Shown: one piece after another, positions 1 through 9,041 of the stretch
Layout: each line of letters begins with the position of its first letter
Position numbering within the stretch: the first letter of the stretch is position 1
The notes under the pieces: generated by a model
The model's input: only the letters and a program-made list of their open reading frames with translations
Databases searched by the model: none
What the model was told of the DNA's origin: nothing
Source: a virus
IMG/VR virus record: IMGVR_UViG_3300008261_000042
Reading direction: 5' to 3' (one strand)
Length of the DNA stretch: 64,000 nt
Position numbers and translations under genes: made by a program

Positions 1-1
1 G

Positions 2-680
<679 letters not shown>

Positions 681-681
681 T

Positions 682-706
682 AGGGGGTCAATGACCCCCT
701 TTTTTT
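682..706 (+). terminator. Rho-independent terminator after psbA
   Basis: AGGGGGTCAATGACCCCCT hairpin followed by a T run. Confidence 0.9.
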
Positions 707-786
707 ATTGGTGATTAACGAAAGCACTCCATACAAGATGACTGAGATCATTCGTGACACTTGGCCAAACCTGTACCGTCCTCCCC

Positions 787-815
787 TTGACAAACTGCCA
801 AATACCAACTACAAT
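787..815 (+). promoter_or_regulatory. Sigma70-type early promoter for glutaredoxin
   Basis: TTGACA (787-792), 17 bp, TACAAT (810-815). Confidence 0.8.
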
Positions 816-839
816 AGCAAAGCGATCACCCCGACTACA

Positions 840-1088
840 ATGGACATTCAAATTTACAAAAAACCTGGATGTGGTTACTGTGTTAAGATTGATGAATTGA
901 TGGCTCGTGCAAACATGCAGGCACATGTTATCATGATTGGTAAAGACATTACGGTAGAAGAATTCAAAGCTGATTATCCTAATGCAAAAGGAGTTCCCCA
1001 TGTAGTTATTGATGGAAAAGAGATTGGCGGTCTAGTTGAGACCGTTAAATACTTTGTAGAAAAAGGTCTTGTATCTTCCAAGAAATAA
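840..1088 (+). CDS. Glutaredoxin (NrdC-like)
   Basis: MDIQIYKKPGCGYC...GVPHVVIDGKEIGG. The ATG at 840 follows a promoter; the frame is open back to 708. Confidence 0.92.
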   Translation: MDIQIYKKPGCGYCVKIDELMARANMQAHVIMIGKDITVEEFKADYPNAKGVPHVVIDGKEIGGLVETVKYFVEKGLVSSKK

Positions 1089-1453
1089 TGAACGAAGCTT
1101 ACCCAATCGTAGAGAATGCAATCGATCAAGCGTTTGTTCATGATCGATACATACTAAATTTTTATGAGTATCTAAAAATTAATGAGGCAAAACGAGTTGA
1201 TGCAACTGAATTTATTAATAGCCAAACAGCATTTTCTCTCACTGAATTAATTCAAGAGTTAACTGAATATCTTGCTGGTGGCAATCAACAACTGATTGAA
1301 GCATACAAACATGTAAGTAAACCAAAAGCAAGGAAAATTAGGGACTACTTGGATAAAATTTTAACTGATGCAAAGCGTTACGAAGATGAACGAAAACCAG
1401 GAAGAAAGAAAGGATCCAAGAACAAAAAACGAAAGCAAACTGCAACTAAATAA
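1088..1453 (+). CDS. Conserved cyanophage hypothetical protein
   Basis: 121-aa ORF coupled to grx, with a basic C-terminal tail. Confidence 0.8.
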   Translation: MNEAYPIVENAIDQAFVHDRYILNFYEYLKINEAKRVDATEFINSQTAFSLTELIQELTEYLAGGNQQLIEAYKHVSKPKARKIRDYLDKILTDAKRYEDERKPGRKKGSKNKKRKQTATK

Positions 1454-1466
1454 AGGTGTAGAGCTA

Positions 1467-1586
1467 ATGCTCAGGAGGGTGAAAGAGAAATCAAAACAAA
1501 CAGGTTTCAAATTCAGCAAGAAATTTTCCCTCCGCAAAAAACAATTCTTTTTTAATATTGAATTTTCGTGGGGGGACTTAGAGTAA
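1467..1586 (+). CDS. Small basic hypothetical protein
   Basis: ATG at 1467 follows a CTAAATA late-promoter motif (1446-1452); MLRRVKEKSK... Confidence 0.55.
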   Translation: MLRRVKEKSKQTGFKFSKKFSLRKKQFFFNIEFSWGDLE

Positions 1587-1610
1587 ACGAAGTCACACGG
1601 AGAAAGAACA

Positions 1611-1841
1611 ATGGAAGCAACCTCACTATTTTTTTCGGGATGTTTTATGGTTCTGTTTATGATTGTTGGGATCATAGCTGGGTGGCATATCAATGACATC
1701 GTTTATAATCTTTACAACAGAAACTCTCCTCAACTCCATCCTGAGATGTATGATGACGACGGCATCATGATTAACGAAGAGTTGTTATCAGTACGATTTA
1801 TTGACGAGGAAGAAGAGGAAGAGGAGGATGATTATTATTGA
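1611..1841 (+). CDS. Small membrane protein with acidic tail
   Basis: GGAG RBS, N-terminal TM helix, HPEMYDDDG motif. Confidence 0.8.
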   Translation: MEATSLFFSGCFMVLFMIVGIIAGWHINDIVYNLYNRNSPQLHPEMYDDDGIMINEELLSVRFIDEEEEEEEDDYY

Positions 1842-2688
1842 TATGAATCAGATTATGATTAGTAATCTGATGACACAATTAAAACATGATTTCTTGAATG
1901 AGAAATTAGTTAGGCACATGGTCCTAACAAGTTTGCGAATGTATGAAAAACAATACTCTCCAGAATATGGTGAGATTGTATTAGCATATGATTCTAAACA
2001 TTACTGGAGAAAAGATTACTTCCAGTACTACAAACAGAATAGAAAGAAAGATCGAGAAAGATCTGGACATGATTGGGGTGGTATCTTTGATGTTCTTAAT
2101 AAAATTAGGGACGAGATTAAGGAATACTTTCCCTGGAAAGTTATTGAAGTTATTGGTGCTGAGGCAGATGATGTGATCTCTACACTATGTAAGAATAAAG
2201 ATAAAGGTAAAGTCCTTATTCTTTCTGGTGATAAAGATTTCATTCAGCTTCAGAAGTATCCTGGAGTATATCAATTTAATCCAACAACTAAAAAATACAT
2301 TACATCAGATGATCCATATGCTTTTGTTAAAGAGCATGTAATTAAAGGAGATAAATCTGATGGCATTCCAAACTTTCTATCGCCAGACGACACATTTGTA
2401 TCTGGTTTGAGACAAAAACCAATTAGTCAAAAGAAATTAAATACTTGGGTAGATCAGGAACCAGAAAAGTTTTGTGAAACTCAAGAACAATATATAAACT
2501 TCTGTCGTAACAGAACCTTAATTGATTTTGATTACGTGCCAGAGGATATTGAAACTAAAATTATGGAGGAATATGAGTCGCTAAATAGCAATAAGAAAAT
2601 AATTCCTTTGGAATACTTCCAGAAGCATCAGTTAAACGATTTGATGGAAGAATTCTTCTTTCGTACTTCATCGCCATTTAAAAAATGA
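1828..2688 (+). CDS. rnh: T4-like RNase H (5'-3' exonuclease)
   Basis: MIIIDMNQ, EADD, ILSGDKDFIQLQ and GDKSDGIPN motifs; GAGGA-rich RBS before ATG 1828. Confidence 0.95.
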   Translation: MIIIDMNQIMISNLMTQLKHDFLNEKLVRHMVLTSLRMYEKQYSPEYGEIVLAYDSKHYWRKDYFQYYKQNRKKDRERSGHDWGGIFDVLNKIRDEIKEYFPWKVIEVIGAEADDVISTLCKNKDKGKVLILSGDKDFIQLQKYPGVYQFNPTTKKYITSDDPYAFVKEHVIKGDKSDGIPNFLSPDDTFVSGLRQKPISQKKLNTWVDQEPEKFCETQEQYINFCRNRTLIDFDYVPEDIETKIMEEYESLNSNKKIIPLEYFQKHQLNDLMEEFFFRTSSPFKK

Positions 2689-3119
2689 AACTACTAATTT
2701 CCGAAGTGCTCCAAAAAGTGAGCAATGCTAAGACCAAAGCAGAAAAAATTAAACTGCTACATGACCATAATAGTAATGCTCTTCGTGCAATCTTAATTGC
2801 AAACTTTGACGAAAGTATTATCTCACTTCTTCCCGAAGGAGAAGTACCTTTTGAAGCAAACGATGCACCTAAAGGTACAGAACATACTGTGCTAGAAAAA
2901 GAATATCGTAAACTATATTTGTTCTTCAAGGGTGGTAGTTCTTCCCTCAAGCAATTGCAACGTGAAAATTTATTCATTCAAATGCTTGAAGGACTTCATG
3001 AAGAAGAAGCTAATCTTCTTGTATTAGTTAAAGACAAAGCACTTGGTAAAAAATATAAAATTACTCGTGCGTGTGTTGAAGAAGCGTTCCCACAAATTAA
3101 ATGGGGAGGACGTACCTGA
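2685..3119 (+). CDS. Conserved T4-like hypothetical protein
   Basis: LLPEGEVPF and RENLFIQMLEGLH motifs, typical of the gene following rnh. Confidence 0.85.
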   Translation: MKLLISEVLQKVSNAKTKAEKIKLLHDHNSNALRAILIANFDESIISLLPEGEVPFEANDAPKGTEHTVLEKEYRKLYLFFKGGSSSLKQLQRENLFIQMLEGLHEEEANLLVLVKDKALGKKYKITRACVEEAFPQIKWGGRT

Positions 3120-3376
3120 TGAAATTTCTCCATCAAAAATGTGATCCCGAACTGGCAAGTGATCGTAATTTGCCTTACACTGCATACATTGTAACTTATG
3201 AGGAGGATGGAGAAGTTTCTTATGATATTGTTATTTGTAACAAGAGAGTAGAAATTTTTGATTACTATTGGGATAAATATCGTGAGGGTCTTATTGGATT
3301 CAAACAAACAGAAGGTAGAGTTAACCCTAAACTTTGGGGAGCTAAACCTCCTAAAGAAGAAAAAAGGAAACGATAA
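3119..3376 (+). CDS. Conserved cyanophage hypothetical protein
   Basis: TGATG coupling; FDYYWDKY...GRVNPKLWG. Confidence 0.8.
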   Translation: MKFLHQKCDPELASDRNLPYTAYIVTYEEDGEVSYDIVICNKRVEIFDYYWDKYREGLIGFKQTEGRVNPKLWGAKPPKEEKRKR

Positions 3377-3624
3377 TGGAAAGTAGTTATAAAAATACTT
3401 TTTGTATTCAGTATTGGAAGTTAACTGACATTGCTGATGTAAAAGTTCTTCGTAGAATTAATAAAAACGGAGTACCAGTTTCCACCAAAAAATATAGTGA
3501 AGTATTTTTCTATGCTAAATTGCAAGATGCCATGCCAGATGCCAGACATCTTATGGAGAATGGATATGACATCAAGATTAGAAAGTGCTGTCAAGCTAAA
3601 AACGATTCATTCTGGCTGATGTAA
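3376..3624 (+). CDS. Hypothetical protein
   Basis: TAATG-coupled 82-aa ORF. Confidence 0.7.
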   Translation: MESSYKNTFCIQYWKLTDIADVKVLRRINKNGVPVSTKKYSEVFFYAKLQDAMPDARHLMENGYDIKIRKCCQAKNDSFWLM

Positions 3625-3951
3625 ATGGGCAAGCATTACTTATTAAATTTGTACGGATGCTCGTTGTCTCTTCTTGACAACGAGTTTTTTCTATGCGATC
3701 TATTAGAGAACGCAGCAGAAGCATGTGGAGCACACGTTCTGCAAACTATGTCGCACCAATTTAAACCGCAAGGTGTGACTGCTATTTGTTTACTTTCAGA
3801 AAGCCATATTAGTATTCATACCTGGCCAGAGAAAGGAGAAGCAGCAGTAGATGTATTTACTTGTGGACAATCTGAACCTAAAATTGCCTGTGATATTATT
3901 ATCGAGCAACTTCATGCCACACAGTATGATCTAGAATATATTGCTAGATAA
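3625..3951 (+). CDS. speD: S-adenosylmethionine decarboxylase proenzyme
   Basis: GKH...F.PQGVT...LSESHISIHTWPE...VDVFTCG motifs. Confidence 0.95.
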   Translation: MGKHYLLNLYGCSLSLLDNEFFLCDLLENAAEACGAHVLQTMSHQFKPQGVTAICLLSESHISIHTWPEKGEAAVDVFTCGQSEPKIACDIIIEQLHATQYDLEYIAR

Positions 3952-4008
3952 ATGGTATTGAATGATACAGAATTTAATCAATATATAATTTAAATTTTGA
4001 GAATTCTA

Positions 4009-4155
4009 ATGTCACAAGCAACATATCGTGGTGCCAAGTATGACACCGATACTCGTAAAAATGAAATGGCTTCTAATTGGTTAGAACTTATTCGATCGCA
4101 AATCGAAAAAGAAAATAAACTAAAAGAAGCACAACTTGCAATGGCAATGAAATAA
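4009..4155 (+). CDS. Small YRG-motif peptide (DUF4278-like), 48 aa
   Basis: Translated by hand: MSQATYRGAKYDTDTRKNEMASNWLELIRSQIEKENKLKEAQLAMAMK; followed by a terminator. Confidence 0.75.
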   Translation: MSQATYRGAKYDTDTRKNEMASNWLELIRSQIEKENKLKEAQLAMAMK

Positions 4156-4160
4156 ATCAA

Positions 4161-4186
4161 AGAGGGGTTGACACCCCTCTTTTTTT
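4161..4186 (+). terminator. Terminator hairpin whose loop is a -35 box
   Basis: AGAGGGG-TTGACA-CCCCTCT followed by a T run. Confidence 0.9.
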
Positions 4187-4196
4187 GTGTTATGAT
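4168..4196 (+). promoter_or_regulatory. Sigma70-type promoter
   Basis: TTGACA (4168-4173), 17 bp, TATGAT (4191-4196). Confidence 0.85.
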
Positions 4197-4218
4197 ATGC
4201 TGGTAAACACGGAGGGAA

Positions 4219-4554
4219 ATGCAGACAAACACTCCAACATCTTTGAACCAGTACATTAAGTGGTTACGCAACGCTGTTGATAAAGGTCATCTTTATGACA
4301 GCGACGAATACTATCGTATTAAAAAAGAACTTTACGAAGCATTAGAAGTTCGTAATAAACTCAAACATCTTGAAAAAGCACAACGAGGTTTTGGATACAC
4401 TTATGACCAATCAATCTTCCAACAGTCCAGTGAAACTGATCTCAGTGACACCCGAAGCGGAACAGACGATGGGGTATATAGCGAGGGTGAGCAACCCAGC
4501 GAATCAGGAGAACCCAAACGTAGCGGGACTACTGAAGTACTGCATCAAGCATAA
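4219..4554 (+). CDS. Hypothetical protein overlapping the thyX 5' end
   Basis: Strong GGAGG RBS and an upstream promoter; the 3' ~150 nt overlap thyX in another frame. Confidence 0.75.
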   Translation: MQTNTPTSLNQYIKWLRNAVDKGHLYDSDEYYRIKKELYEALEVRNKLKHLEKAQRGFGYTYDQSIFQQSSETDLSDTRSGTDDGVYSEGEQPSESGEPKRSGTTEVLHQA

Positions 4555-5059
4555 TCATTGGTCTGTATTTGAACAAGCTACCATGACATTGGAAATTGAA
4601 ACCAATCGTGGTATCGCAGCACAAATTTTGCGTCACCGTTCATTTACATATCAAGAATTTTCACAACGATATGCCGACACTAAGCTATTGTCTCAGCATA
4701 TTCCTATTCCAGAACTTCGTCGTCAAGATGAAAAGAATCGGCAGAACTCTACCGATGATCTTGATGGTTATTTAAAACTAGTACTTGAATCTGAAATTCA
4801 AGAGCACTTTGCTAAAGCACAACAGCTTTACAATCGTCTTCTAAATCAGGGTGTGGCAAAGGAATGTGCTAGGTTTGTATTGCCACTCGCAGTCCCAACC
4901 AAAATTTATATGACGGGATCGTGCAGGTCATGGATCCACTATATATCTTTGAGATCTGCTAACGGAACTCAACTGGAACACATGCGAATCGCAGAAGCTT
5001 GTAAGCAGATTTTCTGTGAACAATTTCCTACTGTTGCTGAAGCTTTGGAGTGGAACTAA
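4403..5059 (+). CDS. thyX: Flavin-dependent thymidylate synthase
   Basis: HWSVFE and RHRSFTYQEFSQRY ThyX motifs, ECARFVLP; start placed at ATG 4403. Confidence 0.96.
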   Translation: MTNQSSNSPVKLISVTPEAEQTMGYIARVSNPANQENPNVAGLLKYCIKHNHWSVFEQATMTLEIETNRGIAAQILRHRSFTYQEFSQRYADTKLLSQHIPIPELRRQDEKNRQNSTDDLDGYLKLVLESEIQEHFAKAQQLYNRLLNQGVAKECARFVLPLAVPTKIYMTGSCRSWIHYISLRSANGTQLEHMRIAEACKQIFCEQFPTVAEALEWN

Positions 5060-5298
5060 TGCCTACTTATCCTGTTAAACATAAAGAAACTGGAGAGACA
5101 CAAGAACTCTACATGACAATGAAAGAGTATGAGCAATGGAAGATCGACAATCCCAATTGGGATAAAGATTGGTCTGCAGGTGTTGCTGGAGTTGGCGAAG
5201 CAGGTGACTGGAGAAACAAAATGAACAAAACCCATCCTGGATGGGGAGAGATCATGACCAGAGCATCTAAGCTTCCTGGCTCAAACGTACAATGGTAA
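5059..5298 (+). CDS. Conserved hypothetical protein (MPTY-type)
   Basis: MPTYPVKHKETGE; usual position between thyX and phoH. Confidence 0.8.
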   Translation: MPTYPVKHKETGETQELYMTMKEYEQWKIDNPNWDKDWSAGVAGVGEAGDWRNKMNKTHPGWGEIMTRASKLPGSNVQW

Positions 5299-5316
5299 TC
5301 TAACTAAGTAAAAACT

Positions 5317-6069
5317 ATGCCAAGAGCAAGAAAGAAACTGACACCAGACATCAATGGTATGAGTGCAAAACAACTAAAGAGAAGGAAGCCAATTAATTCT
5401 AATTACCTTCTAAACATTGAGCCACTGACAGATAATCAGCGCATCTTGTTTGAAGAGTATGGCAAAGGACAACATCTATTTGTTTATGGATGTGCAGGAA
5501 CTGGTAAAACGTTTGTTGCTCTGTACCTTGCATTGAGAGATGTACTTGATGAGAACTCTCCTTATGAAAAGATTTACATTGTTAGATCGCTAGTTGCAAC
5601 ACGAGAGATTGGTTTCCTTCCTGGTACACATGAAGATAAATCTTCTCTCTATCAGATTCCATACAAGAACATGGTAAAATACATGTTTGAAATGCCTGAT
5701 GATGCATCATTTGAAATGCTGTATGAGAATCTAAAAGCACAAGAAACTGTTAGTTTCTGGAGCACTTCTTTCCTTCGTGGTTCTACTCTTGATAAAGCAA
5801 TTGTCATTGTAGATGAATGCCAAAACTTGAACTTCCACGAACTTGACTCTATCATTACTCGTGTTGGTGAAGATACCAAGATTATGTTCTGTGGTGATGC
5901 TAACCAGTCAGACCTACAGAAATCAAACGAACGAACTGGTATCGTTGACTTCCAAAAGATTCTCGATAACATGGAAGAGTTTTCTCTTATTGAATTTGGT
6001 ATCGAAGATATCGTTCGTTCTGGACTTGTGAAGTCCTATATTATTAGCAAACTTAACTTGGGATTCTAA
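5317..6069 (+). CDS. phoH: PhoH-like ATPase
   Basis: GCAGTGKT Walker A, REIGFLPG, RGSTL, DECQN, GDANQSD. Confidence 0.96.
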   Translation: MPRARKKLTPDINGMSAKQLKRRKPINSNYLLNIEPLTDNQRILFEEYGKGQHLFVYGCAGTGKTFVALYLALRDVLDENSPYEKIYIVRSLVATREIGFLPGTHEDKSSLYQIPYKNMVKYMFEMPDDASFEMLYENLKAQETVSFWSTSFLRGSTLDKAIVIVDECQNLNFHELDSIITRVGEDTKIMFCGDANQSDLQKSNERTGIVDFQKILDNMEEFSLIEFGIEDIVRSGLVKSYIISKLNLGF

Positions 6070-6758
6070 TGAAACTATTTGATCATGTGGGACTGAATGC
6101 CATTGAATTAGATACTGTTACCATTGACGGCAAGAGATATTATGTTACCCCAACTGGTGGCAATTATCCTTCAGTCACCACCGTGATCAGTGGTAATGCT
6201 AAGAAGCAAGCTGGACTTGCTAAGTGGAGAGCAAAGGTTGGTAAAGAAAAAGCCCAAGCAGTATCTAATCGTGCTGCTGGGCGTGGCACTCGATACCACA
6301 AACTGGTTGAAGATTATCTTAACAATGAACTTGATACTACAAAATACAAGGATCAACCTTTGCCTTGGATTATGTTCAATTCCTCACGAGATATTCTGAA
6401 TCGTATAAATAATATTTACCTTCAGGAAGCAGCACTCTATTCTGATTACTTACAAATTGCAGGACGAGTGGACTGCATTGCAGAATATGAGGGAGAACTT
6501 GCTATCATTGATTTTAAAACATCAGCTGAACCAAAAAAGGAAGAATATCTTTACGATTATTATGTTCAAGAATGTGCATACGCTTGTATGCTACAGGAAC
6601 GATACAAATTGGAAGTTATCAAATTAGTTACCATTGTGTCGTGTGAAAACGGCGATACCCAAGTCAGCGTGGTGCCTCCTAGGAAGGAATATTTTGTTAC
6701 GTTACAAGAATACATCAAGGAGTACCAAGAAAAACATGCTAAACAATCTGGAGGATAA
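6069..6758 (+). CDS. PD-(D/E)XK exonuclease (Cas4-like phage exonuclease)
   Basis: YPSVTTV, RGTRYH, AGRVDCIAEYEG, IIDFKTS, Q..AYA. Confidence 0.9.
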   Translation: MKLFDHVGLNAIELDTVTIDGKRYYVTPTGGNYPSVTTVISGNAKKQAGLAKWRAKVGKEKAQAVSNRAAGRGTRYHKLVEDYLNNELDTTKYKDQPLPWIMFNSSRDILNRINNIYLQEAALYSDYLQIAGRVDCIAEYEGELAIIDFKTSAEPKKEEYLYDYYVQECAYACMLQERYKLEVIKLVTIVSCENGDTQVSVVPPRKEYFVTLQEYIKEYQEKHAKQSGG

Positions 6759-6981
6759 ATTTATGACCGCTGCGAAATTCTCGCAGGAAGTTGAACAAAT
6801 TGCATATGAAAATTCGATGAACTACATCGATGCTATTATTCACTACTGTGAAACAAATGAAATTGAACTGGAATCAGTGCCCAAATTGATTTCAAAACCA
6901 TTGAAAGAAAAACTAAAGTATGATGCACAAAAACTTAATTACATAAAGAAAACAAGTAGAGCAAAACTGATGTTAGTATGA
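6736..6981 (+). CDS. gp33: Late promoter transcription coactivator gp33
   Basis: NYIDAIIHYCE...LISKPLKEKLKYDAQKLNY; an alternative start at 6763 follows GGAGGA. Confidence 0.88.
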   Translation: MLNNLEDKFMTAAKFSQEVEQIAYENSMNYIDAIIHYCETNEIELESVPKLISKPLKEKLKYDAQKLNYIKKTSRAKLMLV

Positions 6982-7319
6982 GTCAATTTTTTAAATCCGA
7001 AATGGTCCGTGGTGACATTCAAGAAATGGCAGAGCTACAGCAGTTCTGTATGAGATCAATGGTTGCTTTTCCCGTTCTTCCACCTGAAAAGAAAATGGAA
7101 TACTTCAATGTACTTGAGACGTTGATTGAAAAGCAAAAGATTTTTTATGCTCGTCTCAGTTTGAGTGATGATCCAGAAGCAATTGAAATGGCAGAATCTA
7201 TGCGTGATGCTGTAGTTATGCTTGGTGCTTCACCTAATGATAATATCACTTCAATGTTTGATGACCTACTTAAAAAGGTGGGTATGATGAAAGAAAAATT
7301 AGAGGCAGAGGGGGGTTGA
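6978..7319 (+). CDS. DUF1825-like cyanobacterial/cyanophage protein
   Basis: FFKSEMV...QKIFYARLSLSDDPEA motif. Confidence 0.8.
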   Translation: MSQFFKSEMVRGDIQEMAELQQFCMRSMVAFPVLPPEKKMEYFNVLETLIEKQKIFYARLSLSDDPEAIEMAESMRDAVVMLGASPNDNITSMFDDLLKKVGMMKEKLEAEGG

Positions 7320-7344
7320 CTCGATCCTCTGCCCATGCTATGAT
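7316..7344 (+). promoter_or_regulatory. Sigma70-type promoter for gp32
   Basis: TTGACT, 17 bp, TATGAT with an extended TG; the -35 box is flanked by the inverted repeat GGCAGAGG/CCTCTGCC. Confidence 0.8.
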
Positions 7345-7395
7345 GTCTAAGTGATCCGAGTCACACAAACCAAATCCTAACTATCCAAGAATCCT

Positions 7396-8295
7396 ATGTC
7401 TTTTGCAGATCTTAAGCGCAAGTCCCAGAGCAACTTCGAGTTCCTTCAGAAAGAACTTGAGAAGTCCAGCAGCACTTCTAGTGGTGCCGACGAGCGACTC
7501 TGGAAGCCCAAGCTTGACGCTTCTGGTAATGGCTATGCCGTTATCCGTTTCCTGCCCGCTCCTGAAGGCGAGAACGTACCCTGGGCGAAGCTTTACAACC
7601 ACGCCTTCCAAGGTCCAGGTGGTTGGCTGATTGAAAACTGTCCTACCACTAAAGGTGAACAGTGTCCTATCTGTGCTTCAAATAATAAACTGTGGAACAG
7701 TGGTCATGAGTCGGACAAAGATGTTGTTCGTAACCGTAAGCGTAAGCTTTCTTACTACAGCAACGTTTATGTTCTGAATGATTCTGCGAACCCCGATAAC
7801 AATGGTAAGGTGTTGTTGTTTAAGTATGGTAAGAAGATTCATGACAAGATCCTTGCTGCCATGCAACCTGAATTTCAAGATGAAACTCCTATCAATCCTT
7901 TTGATCTTTGGGAAGGTGCCAACTTCAAACTGAAGATTCGTACCGTTGCTGGTTACTGGAACTATGATGCATCTGAATTCGCTGCTCCCATGGCACTGAA
8001 CAAAGATGATGATGAGCTGGAAGCAATCTGGCGTCAAGCACATTCACTTGAAGCATTCACTGCTCCTTCTGAATTTAAATCTTATGATGATCTTGAAGGT
8101 CGCCTTGATCTGGTGCTTGGTAACAAAGTTTCTCAGCGTCGCATCGATCAAGATGTAGCAGACGAAGATGAAGAAGTGTATGCTGCTCCTAAGCAAGAGC
8201 CTGTGTTTGCATCTAGCAAGCCTTCGTTCAACAGCAGCAACGATGATGATGACGATGCACTGAGTTACTTTGCTCGTCTTGCTGAAGAAGATTGA
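7396..8295 (+). CDS. gp32: Single-stranded DNA-binding protein gp32
   Basis: GNGYAVIRFLP, HAFQGPGGW, CP..C zinc site, acidic tail ending ALSYFARLAEED. Confidence 0.97.
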   Translation: MSFADLKRKSQSNFEFLQKELEKSSSTSSGADERLWKPKLDASGNGYAVIRFLPAPEGENVPWAKLYNHAFQGPGGWLIENCPTTKGEQCPICASNNKLWNSGHESDKDVVRNRKRKLSYYSNVYVLNDSANPDNNGKVLLFKYGKKIHDKILAAMQPEFQDETPINPFDLWEGANFKLKIRTVAGYWNYDASEFAAPMALNKDDDELEAIWRQAHSLEAFTAPSEFKSYDDLEGRLDLVLGNKVSQRRIDQDVADEDEEVYAAPKQEPVFASSKPSFNSSNDDDDDALSYFARLAEED

Positions 8296-8362
8296 TTCCA
8301 AATTCAAAATCTAAAACCTTGAATCTAGGAAAAAATTTTCCGCCAAAAAATTGCTAAAAAAG
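8296..8362. repeat. A-tract intergenic element, copy 1
   Basis: TTCCAAATTCAA...GGAAAAAATTTTCCGCCAAAAAATTGCTAAAAAAG; a near copy lies at 27423-27489. Confidence 0.75.
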
Positions 8363-8364
8363 AT

Positions 8365-8389
8365 GGGGGGTTAATGACCCCCCTTTTTT
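8365..8389. terminator. Terminator between convergent gp32 and gp53
   Basis: GGGGGG-TTAATGA-CCCCCC followed by a T run, with an A run upstream. Confidence 0.85.
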
Positions 8390-9041
8390 ATATCCCTGTT
8401 TTCTTTAGAGTAGAACTGATATAATCCTTTGACTTCTGGTATAGATTTGTTTTCCTGAAGTTATCTAGAAATGGTTCTAGGTAAGAAGGCTTTAGTAAAA
8501 ATATTTCTCTTTTCTTTTCATTCTTCTCTTGTTCATCCTCAAATATTGTAACTGGAGTTGATATTACACCACCAGAAATATTTTTTACTTGATTTGTATC
8601 CCAATATGAATACGTTCCATTATAAAATGTTTCATCTACAATTAAATTTTCTTTTATAATTGGTGTGCCATCATCCTTAAGAACTTTTACGGTCCTGTAA
8701 AATTTGATTGTTCCATATGGATCATCGTAATTTTTTTCGCAGTATTTACGAAGATCATATTCAGACAGAGGCCAGTCAAATTGTGGGTTAACTAAATTAT
8801 TTGATAATATAATAACCCAATCGAGGAATGGATCGTTGTATGCCTTCTCTGCTACTTGGTAAATCTTTTCTCCTTCTACTACAGCATACTTTTTAAAGAA
8901 CACTGCGTAAGAAAATACATCTGGATTGACTTGATATCTTCTGAAGAAGTTTTTCGCTACAACATATTCTGATTCTGAAAATGGATACTGTATTGGTTTT
9001 GTATCGTATTCTATATTGGGGATGTTTCTGAAGTATGACAT
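8388..9041 (-). CDS. gp53: Baseplate wedge component gp53
   Basis: MSYFRNIPNIEY, WVIILSNNLVNPQFDWPL, NEKKREIFLLKP. Confidence 0.9.
   Translation of the reverse strand: MSYFRNIPNIEYDTKPIQYPFSESEYVVAKNFFRRYQVNPDVFSYAVFFKKYAVVEGEKIYQVAEKAYNDPFLDWVIILSNNLVNPQFDWPLSEYDLRKYCEKNYDDPYGTIKFYRTVKVLKDDGTPIIKENLIVDETFYNGTYSYWDTNQVKNISGGVISTPVTIFEDEQEKNEKKREIFLLKPSYLEPFLDNFRKTNLYQKSKDYISSTLKKTGI

Noticed and set aside
1517-1547. Possible third copy of the A-tract element (GAAATTTTCCCTCCGCAAAAAACAATT)
   Set aside because: Only partial similarity, and it lies inside a Lys/Phe-rich coding frame; could be chance.
6069-6758. Cas4-like nuclease as part of a CRISPR system
   Set aside because: No array or other cas genes; it is the usual T4-like exonuclease beside phoH.
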